Shown one piece after another: positions 1 to 6,215 of a stretch of DNA of 64,000 nucleotides; the first letter of the stretch is position 1; each line of letters opens with the position of its first letter. The stretch covers positions 29,081-93,080 of the IMG/VR virus record IMGVR_UViG_3300037634_002636; one strand, 5' to 3'. The notes beneath the pieces were generated by a model, which was given only the letters and a program-made list of their open reading frames with translations, was not told the DNA's origin and made no database searches. The stretch comes from a virus (taxonomy: Duplodnaviria > Caudoviricetes). A program made the translations under genes and the position numbers.

Positions 1-292
1 TTGTTTTAATGTCTAATATAGAGTTAATTCTATACTTTTTATTCTCATATAATATAGCTCCCTTATCCTTTAATCTCTTAACATAGTTATTTAATGTTCT
101 ATAATCATCTACTTTAAGTAGTTTAGCTACTCTTTTTTTATTAGATGCACTACATAAATTAATATCTGTATCTAAAGATGTGTCTAATAAAGAGGATAAT
201 ACCTCTAATTCCATCATAGTTAAGTCAAAAATGCCATTCCAGATTTGAAGAGCCTTTATTGTATTATTTGCGGTTATCGTTAATTTTTTCAT
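1..292 (-). CDS. Putative winged-HTH DNA-binding protein (partial, runs off the window; not in the ORF track)
   Basis: Manual translation from ATG at 292: MKKLTITANNTIKALQIWNGIFDLTMMELEVLSSLL...NKKRVAKLLKVDDYRTLNNYVKRLKDKGAILYENKKYRIN, open to position 1. The 'LT..ELEVL...vakll....tlnnyvkrLkdKGai' pattern is typical of wHTH. Confidence 0.6.
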   Translation of the reverse strand, partial: MKKLTITANNTIKALQIWNGIFDLTMMELEVLSSLLDTSLDTDINLCSASNKKRVAKLLKVDDYRTLNNYVKRLKDKGAILYENKKYRINSILDIKT

Positions 293-527
293 TAAATTCA
301 ATTTTTGCTTTTCCATCTACAATCTTTATCTTAGAGTTCTTTGCTTGGTTATTATATTCAATTACATAAGGTTCTATATCCTCACGTGTACATATAAAAG
401 ATAGAAATACTTCTATTTCTTTAGACGCTGCATGTAGATTATTGCGAATTATATTAACTTTAGGATACTCCTCTTTAAGTTTAGTGAAGTCTCCTAAGCT
501 AATAGTTACTGTTCCAATTACTTCCAT
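264..527 (-). CDS. Hypothetical protein
   Basis: 87-aa ORF coupled to GroES (shared base 527) and overlapping the next gene. Confidence 0.6.
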   Translation of the reverse strand: MEVIGTVTISLGDFTKLKEEYPKVNIIRNNLHAASKEIEVFLSFICTREDIEPYVIEYNNQAKNSKIKIVDGKAKIEFNEKINDNRK

Positions 528-790
528 TAAAATGTACCTAATACTTGGAATTCTTGTATTAATAAATAATTACAGTCCTCTATAGTAGAACGAACCGCCT
601 CTGTACGGGGATCAATTAATACAGTATCACCTGCTTCAACAAATTTACAGTCTGGGCCCACTTTAAGCGCCTCTAATACATTAGTTGACTGCGCTTTAGC
701 AGCAGCTTCACCTAATATAATACCTGATTCTGTTTTAGTTTTGGTAGGATCTGGGATAAGGATCCAGTTTCCATTTGGTGTAAATTTCAT
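527..790 (-). CDS. groES: GroES-like co-chaperonin (Cpn10)
   Basis: MKFTPNGNWILI...KTESGIIL...VGP....V..GDTVL...YLLIQEFQVLG matches the Cpn10 pattern (mobile loop T.SGIIL). Confidence 0.85.
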   Translation of the reverse strand: MKFTPNGNWILIPDPTKTKTESGIILGEAAAKAQSTNVLEALKVGPDCKFVEAGDTVLIDPRTEAVRSTIEDCNYLLIQEFQVLGTF

Positions 791-808
791 AGTTTATATA
801 TTTTTTGA

Positions 809-839
809 CAAAGATATAAACTATTTCTTTATAAACAAA
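809..839 (-). promoter_or_regulatory. Bacteroidota sigma-A type promoter for the groES operon
   Basis: Minus strand reads TTTG-N19-TATCTTTG, matching the Bacteroidetes -33/-7 consensus (TTTG...TAnnTTTG), 18 nt before the groES ATG. Confidence 0.75.
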
Positions 840-854
840 TATTTTTTACAATTT

Positions 855-1070
855 TTATTCTTGTATCCAAGCAGAAGAATTCACTATTGCTAATATTTCC
901 TCGTGAGTATATTGGTGTAGACCTGTTAAAAAATTAGGAGTTTCACCTATAAATTTTAATACTGTTTTTGTTCCATCTAAAGATAATCTTAATGTATCTT
1001 GACTTATTTCTCTTACTTGAGAAAAATCAATACTTGCTATATTTGTCATATCATAAATTACATATATCAT
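855..1070 (-). CDS. Small hypothetical protein, LamG-gene neighbour
   Basis: 71-aa ORF directly downstream of the LamG gene. Confidence 0.65.
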   Translation of the reverse strand: MIYVIYDMTNIASIDFSQVREISQDTLRLSLDGTKTVLKFIGETPNFLTGLHQYTHEEILAIVNSSAWIQE

Positions 1071-1081
1071 ATCAATATTTT

Positions 1082-1828
1082 TTAAGGTACAGCTGTTGTT
1101 ATATCTCCACTAACCATATTTGTCATTGTTCCGTCGTTACTGTTAGAACTGTCATCAGGTATTGTTGGGGATGTAGCACCATCACCCATTCTCCAATAAC
1201 CAACCAATCCTGTATGTGATGATAAGTCAGTTGGTGTCCCGCTATTATAAATATCTGTTACTTGTGCTGATGATAACTCTATATTAAATAACGCAACTTC
1301 ATCTATGTCCCCATCTAAATAAAACGAGTTCATTTCAGAAGAAGCAATCCTTAAAGCAGAAGTTGTGTTTTCCATTGCTGTATATGTCCCTGAAGATGTT
1401 TGGGTTTGTGTTGGGGACGACCCATCTTTATAAATAGTTATCCCTGTCTGACTGCCACTACCATCATAAGTAAAAGTATAATAAACCCAACTTCCTGTAC
1501 TAACTACATCATCCAGTTGACATTGTATATAAGCATTAGTGCTCTGGTCATACAATCTAAATCTTAACTTATCAGTATGACCAGAAAGAATATGATACTC
1601 TTTAGTAGATGATCCTGCCTTTGCACAAAATGGCTGTTGTGATGGGTCATTTAATTTAACCCACATTGATATACTAAAAGAGCTATCTGTTGAGCCATCA
1701 CCAAAAGAAAAATCATTACTATCACCGCAGTCTATATAATCATCAACACCATCAAAGTTTATTGACTTGATATTAGAAAATCCACTAATAGCTCCACTAG
1801 TACTTAAACTTGCTCCTAATCCTAACAT
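1082..1828 (-). CDS. Concanavalin A/LamG-like lectin domain virion protein
   Basis: FDGVDDYI, FSISMWVK, W.YYTFTYDG, IYKDG, G.IDEVALFN.ELS..QV..IYNSG, LVGYWRMGDG are LamG_3 hallmarks. Confidence 0.85.
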   Translation of the reverse strand: MLGLGASLSTSGAISGFSNIKSINFDGVDDYIDCGDSNDFSFGDGSTDSSFSISMWVKLNDPSQQPFCAKAGSSTKEYHILSGHTDKLRFRLYDQSTNAYIQCQLDDVVSTGSWVYYTFTYDGSGSQTGITIYKDGSSPTQTQTSSGTYTAMENTTSALRIASSEMNSFYLDGDIDEVALFNIELSSAQVTDIYNSGTPTDLSSHTGLVGYWRMGDGATSPTIPDDSSNSNDGTMTNMVSGDITTAVP

Positions 1829-1831
1829 TTA

Positions 1832-2119
1832 TTATTTTTTATATGCTAATACTTTACCAGCAGTTACTAAATATATAGATGTAAAATTACCATATATCGT
1901 TACTCCTTTTGGAATTATAAAGTCTGCCCCATTAGTAATATTAGTTGTACATGCTGAATGATCTATTGTAGAGTCTTCTAAAGCTGTAACCGCAAAAAAC
2001 GGTCCTGCGTGCAATGCACCTACAGTTGGTATTAATACCGTTTCACTAGGTTGTATTGCTGATCTTGTATTATTTTTTACATCATTTATTAATGCCTCTT
2101 GTTCTGTTCTTATTGCCAT
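1832..2119 (-). CDS. Small beta-rich virion protein, paralog of 63516-63815
   Basis: GPFFAVTALEDSTID.SACT...GVTIYGNFTSIYLV.GKVLAY aligns by eye with the 63516-63815 product. Confidence 0.65.
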   Translation of the reverse strand: MAIRTEQEALINDVKNNTRSAIQPSETVLIPTVGALHAGPFFAVTALEDSTIDHSACTTNITNGADFIIPKGVTIYGNFTSIYLVTAGKVLAYKK

Positions 2120-2144
2120 TTTTTTATTTTTTATTTTAAAAAAG

Positions 2145-2385
2145 ATATAATTATCCCCCTTTGGGATTCTTTTTCAAGTTTAGATTTCCGTTTAGCAGTG
2201 CTCCAATGGACCTAGGGATAATAAGACCGGTGTTAATTCACCACACATACTTATGTGTACTCTACCCCAACTAAATTTTATACTTAACTCTTTTGCAACT
2301 ACCGGAGAAAACTCTAATCCTTATTTAGGATCTACAATCCGATGTCTTTGCCCTTTTATGGTTACCAGGGGCTGAAATTGTTGCG
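2145..2385 (-). ncRNA. Putative structured RNA or 5' leader of the late operon
   Basis: GC-enriched non-coding stretch right after a TATCTTTG element. Minus-strand hairpins: GCCC..GGGC, ATCCT-aaata-AGGAT, TACACAT-aagt-ATGTGTG, GGTG-aattaa-CACC, plus long-range TTATCCC/GGGATAA pairing. Confidence 0.45.
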
Positions 2386-2388
2386 GTG

Positions 2389-2396
2389 CAAAGATA
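2389..2396 (-). promoter_or_regulatory. Bacteroidota -7 promoter element (TATCTTTG) at the start of the leftward late transcript
   Basis: Exact TAnnTTTG at the divergence point, with AT-rich sequence upstream. Confidence 0.6.
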
Positions 2397-2574
2397 AAAT
2401 AAAATAATTGATATAAAAAAATAAAATGGGAAAAAAATTTTTTTAATTTGTTATTGAGTGTGTGAAGGTCCCCAAATGTAACCCCTATCGGGAATAGTGA
2501 TTGGGACCTCCTCCCCTTCATATTCTCAAATTTTTACATTTTGTAAAGATACAGAATAAATACATACTTAATTT

Positions 2575-2922
2575 ATGGCAACAAAATCCGTATTAGCTAA
2601 ACCATTGTCTATTGACAAAATCAGAAAGGAAATAGACAATTACATTAAAGAAGGAAGAACAACAGCCTTTGGTGGTGGAACTAAATTACCGTTAGATACG
2701 ACTGATAAATCAGCGACTCTTACAGGTAACTATGAAAATATTCCTTACACTAATGCAAGTGGTGAAGATAAAGTTCTTACTCTTGCTGAGTTCAAATGTG
2801 GTACTATCTTAGATACGACTGCAGTAAACCATTCAGATACTAGATTGGTAAAAGGTACAAAAATTCTAGTTTCTGTAAAAGAAATATCAGGACAAATGCG
2901 AAACAGAATAGAATTTGTCTAA
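2575..2922 (+). CDS. First early gene, hypothetical beta-rich protein
   Basis: 115-aa ORF followed by a strong terminator. Confidence 0.7.
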   Translation: MATKSVLAKPLSIDKIRKEIDNYIKEGRTTAFGGGTKLPLDTTDKSATLTGNYENIPYTNASGEDKVLTLAEFKCGTILDTTAVNHSDTRLVKGTKILVSVKEISGQMRNRIEFV

Positions 2923-2935
2923 TCATTTCACAATT

Positions 2936-2962
2936 AAGGGAGAGTAATTCTCCCTTTTTTTT
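2936..2962 (+). terminator. Intrinsic terminator
   Basis: AAGGGAGA-gtaat-TCTCCCTT followed by a T-run. Confidence 0.85.
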
Positions 2963-3230
2963 AAATGAATGCAACTTATTATGTCGTGAGAGTGTACACC
3001 AACGCTCTCACAGGCATTTTAAGCATTTATAATTAACTATGTATTTCAGGAGTATTAAATAAATATAACACAAACAACAGTTGAGGTAAAGTGGAGTGTC
3101 CATATAGATCATAGAACAACCACATCTAAAATAACTCTGGGACATGTAGTAAACTTACTGTTGTTTTATAAAATAGAAAGGACGTGATAATCGTCGTATT
3201 CCTAGGCATGAAGACAAAAGGCTTTTTAAC

Positions 3231-3269
3231 TAACCTTGACACAGACGAGACAACTGGATAAAACTGTCA
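3231..3269 (+). repeat. Early-region leader repeat, copy 1
   Basis: taaccttgac-acagacgagacaactggataaaac; near-identical copy at 3760-3800. Confidence 0.7.
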
Positions 3270-3278
3270 CTAATTATT

Positions 3279-3755
3279 ATGAATTCAAATGAAAAAAATG
3301 TTGAACTATTATACCAGGACATGGATACTAAGTTTAACAAAAACTATTATCGTAACAAATATGTAGAAACAACTAATAAAATTGCACATATGACTGGCAC
3401 AATAGTAGATCTTCAACAACAGTTAATAACAGCAAAAGATAGAATAGATATTCTTAAATCAACTAATAGCACTTATAAAAAGACTATAATGCTAAAGGAT
3501 GGTAATGAAGCACTTCATAACTTATTTTCTAAAACAGAAATAGAGTTAATAGAATATAAGAACTATCTTAAGACAGCACATTGGAAGATAAACAATTTAG
3601 AACAACAATTATTAGAAAAACAAGATGAGTTATTAAAAGCTCATTTTATAATTCAACATCTTACAGAAGATGTAGATGTTATAGATCTAATGAAAAGAGT
3701 TCAAGAAGTAAGAAAACAAAGAGAACAAGATCGTTTGGAAGACCAAGCGATGTAA
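3279..3755 (+). CDS. Coiled-coil hypothetical early protein
   Basis: 158-aa ORF with heptad L/Q/E/K-rich pattern. Confidence 0.7.
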   Translation: MNSNEKNVELLYQDMDTKFNKNYYRNKYVETTNKIAHMTGTIVDLQQQLITAKDRIDILKSTNSTYKKTIMLKDGNEALHNLFSKTEIELIEYKNYLKTAHWKINNLEQQLLEKQDELLKAHFIIQHLTEDVDVIDLMKRVQEVRKQREQDRLEDQAM

Positions 3756-3759
3756 TAAT

Positions 3760-3800
3760 TAACCTTGATAAACAGAAGAGTCAACTGGATAACACGGACA
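3760..3800 (+). repeat. Early-region leader repeat, copy 2
   Basis: taaccttgataaacagaagagtcaactggataacac; directly precedes the ATG at 3810. Confidence 0.7.
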
Positions 3801-3809
3801 ACAAAGACA

Positions 3810-3983
3810 ATGACAATTAAAACAGAACATGAATTCATACCACATTGTGGTATTGGATTAGGAACAGCAAGTAGATTAAGACATGGATGGAATTGGTATG
3901 GTATAAATATTCAATTACCATTTATCATGATTTGTATCTTACTTAAATGGAGTGATGCAGATAAAGCAACAACAAATTTATAA
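3810..3983 (+). CDS. Small hypothetical protein (likely start ATG 3810 rather than TTG 3765)
   Basis: MTIKTEHEFIPHCGIGLG...INIQLPFIMICILLKW; the upstream TTG lies inside the leader repeat. Confidence 0.55.
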   Translation: MTIKTEHEFIPHCGIGLGTASRLRHGWNWYGINIQLPFIMICILLKWSDADKATTNL

Positions 3984-4057
3984 CAATGTGCCTAAGTAAG
4001 CCTAAACTGCTTGTAGTACTACATTTTGTAGTATTATAATTATAAACCTTGACAGAT

Positions 4058-4723
4058 ATGAACAAAAGACAAGAAGTCAACTATTGTGTTTCAGGCACAA
4101 CAGGACGTAAAATAGCACCTTATACTAGTATGTATAAGCCAAAACCTGAAAACTGGTTCAAAAGAAACATACGTTATCCTTATAATGCAATATTAACGTG
4201 GTTAGCTTGTATTGGAACAGTAATAACAATATTACTATTACTAACATCATGTAGTATGCCTCCAAAATGTGGAGATCCAATAGGCGAGTTTAATAATGTT
4301 ATAGTATATTATAATGATGGATTTAATTCATGCGATGATAGACATTTTGCAAGTGATGGATATTCATATGGTATGAAATGGCAATGTGTTGAATACATTA
4401 GAAGATACTACAAAGATGTATTTAATCATGAAATGGTAAAATGGGGACATGCTAGTGGATATTTTGATAAAACTGTTGAAAATGGTGATCGAAATACTAC
4501 ACGAGGCTTAACTCAATATTATAATGGTATGGAAAAACCACAAGTACATGATATTGTAGTTTGGAACGGTAAATATGGTCATGTTGCAATTGTAACTGAA
4601 GTAACAGATGATTATATAACTGTAATTGCCCAAAATATTGGAGCTCAATGTATAAATAAATTAGAATTAGAAGGTAATACAATTGCACCTGGTTTTAATG
4701 TTCTTGGGTTATTAAGATTATAG
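4058..4723 (+). CDS. CHAP-domain amidase with hydrophobic segment and lipobox
   Basis: GMKWQCVEYIRRYY (catalytic Cys) and YGHVAIV (catalytic His), similar to glutathionylspermidine-amidase-type CHAP; LLLLTSC lipobox. Confidence 0.85.
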   Translation: MNKRQEVNYCVSGTTGRKIAPYTSMYKPKPENWFKRNIRYPYNAILTWLACIGTVITILLLLTSCSMPPKCGDPIGEFNNVIVYYNDGFNSCDDRHFASDGYSYGMKWQCVEYIRRYYKDVFNHEMVKWGHASGYFDKTVENGDRNTTRGLTQYYNGMEKPQVHDIVVWNGKYGHVAIVTEVTDDYITVIAQNIGAQCINKLELEGNTIAPGFNVLGLLRL

Positions 4724-4892
4724 AAAGTAGTACTTTATTAGCGTAAAGTAACAGACAGGTAGAGGTGACTCTATGAATAAAAACAAGTATTACAACAAGA
4801 CATAATTGCTAGCGCAAAAACTATTGTTGTATATTAAATTACATTTATATGGTATGCAAGCAGTATATTTGTGAGCCTGTCTACTACTTTTT
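4722..4892 (+). ncRNA. Putative multi-branched structured RNA
   Basis: Closing stems AAAGTAG/CTACTTT and AGACAGG/CCTGTCT; internal hairpins TACTTTAT-tagc-GTAAAGTA, TAGAG-gtga-CTCTA, TACAACA/TGTTGTA. Confidence 0.45.
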
Positions 4893-5040
4893 ATATTAAA
4901 ATATACAGAATAGAATGAGTAAAATATTTCATAATATCACTTATTTTGTCGTAAGAGGTTGCGATTCCATCTCAATTCTATTCTATAAAACACAAGTATT
5001 ACGCACATAAAATGAATGTTAAATTAAATAAATCAAAGAG

Positions 5041-5268
5041 ATGAAAATCAAGATTAAAGGTGTTTGTGTTGACATAAACAGACCAAGAACTCAAGAAGAT
5101 TTAAACAGATTACTAAATGTGTGTAAGTCAGAAGCCTCGACAGCTTCAGGAGCAAGAAAACAATTTATTCATATGATTATTAAAATGATTGATAGCAAAC
5201 TCACGAAAGAGTACTATTCATCAACTAAAATAAATATATATGAAGAAAAAACAGTTAAACTTGCGTAA
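5041..5268 (+). CDS. Hypothetical protein
   Basis: 75-aa ORF overlapping the next gene. Confidence 0.55.
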   Translation: MKIKIKGVCVDINRPRTQEDLNRLLNVCKSEASTASGARKQFIHMIIKMIDSKLTKEYYSSTKINIYEEKTVKLA

Positions 5269-5944
5269 CTCTGGTGATGCAGAATCATTAGAACAAGATA
5301 ATAGTCTTTTACAAGCTGTTATCAAAACAAACTCAGAAGCTGGACTTCTTCAGATTAGGTTACTAGAAATAGTAGCACCTGATCCTGAAGAGTCTAGAGA
5401 TCTGAAACAATTATTTCAATCAATAACGAGAGCTGATAATAATGATCGTAAACCAAGACATGCATATATGCCAATAGGTTATGCAGAGTTAGAAGCTTTT
5501 TTTGGTATTAAAATATCAGAAAGAAGTGATTGGAAAATAAACAAAAGAGGTAAAGAAGAGTTAACATTAAATATGCTTAATCCAACATTTATTAAATCAT
5601 TTAATAAAGGTAAGAGATTAAGAGTACAAGTGAGAGAGTCAGTATATCCTAAAGATGAATGGCAAGCAGATCATGCTGATGATGAAGTTAAAATAAATCC
5701 ATCAACCGGACAAAGATATTATTATGAAGGACAATATATATTTGCTAATTGTTTTATAGTTGTAGGTAAACCCAAACATATATGGTTAGCTGCTGATGCA
5801 GATTATAGAGAAAAAGGGACATTTAAATTAGACACAAAAGATAAAACTAAATTTGAAGATTTAAGTTGGTCTCCTCCAAAGAATATTATAATTCCAAAAA
5901 AAGGTTCATTTGATGATTTGCGAAAAAGTTTAGAATTATCATAA
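5240..5944 (+). CDS. Hypothetical phage protein
   Basis: 234-aa ORF on the early strand with no recognisable motif. Confidence 0.7.
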   Translation: MKKKQLNLRNSGDAESLEQDNSLLQAVIKTNSEAGLLQIRLLEIVAPDPEESRDLKQLFQSITRADNNDRKPRHAYMPIGYAELEAFFGIKISERSDWKINKRGKEELTLNMLNPTFIKSFNKGKRLRVQVRESVYPKDEWQADHADDEVKINPSTGQRYYYEGQYIFANCFIVVGKPKHIWLAADADYREKGTFKLDTKDKTKFEDLSWSPPKNIIIPKKGSFDDLRKSLELS

Positions 5945-5982
5945 AAATTTTAATAAATACACTGTTATATTAAATTTCTTTG

Positions 5983-5990
5983 TATATTTG
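5983..5990 (+). promoter_or_regulatory. Bacteroidota -7 promoter element (TATATTTG) upstream of the replication operon
   Basis: Exact TAnnTTTG in AT-rich intergenic DNA about 225 nt before polA. Confidence 0.55.
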
Positions 5991-6079
5991 CATAGAATTG
6001 TAATAAAATTTAATATACATAAATGTTAACTGATTGAGTTTAAATGGTTTATATAGACTACGGCTATTTAACGCTACTG

Positions 6080-6112
6080 AAACCAGGGGAAGAAATTCCT
6101 CTGGTTTTCTTT
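6080..6112 (+). terminator. Terminator-like hairpin in the polA leader
   Basis: AAACCAGGGGA-agaaa-TTCCTCTGGTTT followed by TCTTT. Confidence 0.6.
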
Positions 6113-6117
6113 ACTAG

Positions 6118-6210
6118 ATGGAAGAAATAATAAGAAATATAATAGCGGCTTTTATAGTATTCATAATACCATTATGTATTATGTATGATAAATTACGCAA
6201 TAAAAATTAA
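6118..6210 (+). CDS. 30-aa hydrophobic peptide (not in the ORF track)
   Basis: MEEIIRNIIAAFIVFIIPLCIMYDKLRNKN, ending 5 nt before the polA ATG. Confidence 0.4.
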   Translation: MEEIIRNIIAAFIVFIIPLCIMYDKLRNKN

Positions 6211-6215
6211 AATTT

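Noticed and set aside
2321-2521. 66-aa minus-strand ORF in the divergence region
   Set aside because: Crosses A/T tracts and the promoter element; low-complexity translation; better explained as regulatory DNA
3231-4056. CRISPR-like array or mini-array
   Set aside because: Only 2-3 degenerate copies separated by whole genes rather than 30-40 nt spacers; no cas genes
2120-6215. tRNA genes in the structured intergenic regions
   Set aside because: No cloverleaf with T-loop GTTCRA and D-loop consensus found by eye; tRNAscan-SE would be needed to exclude them fully
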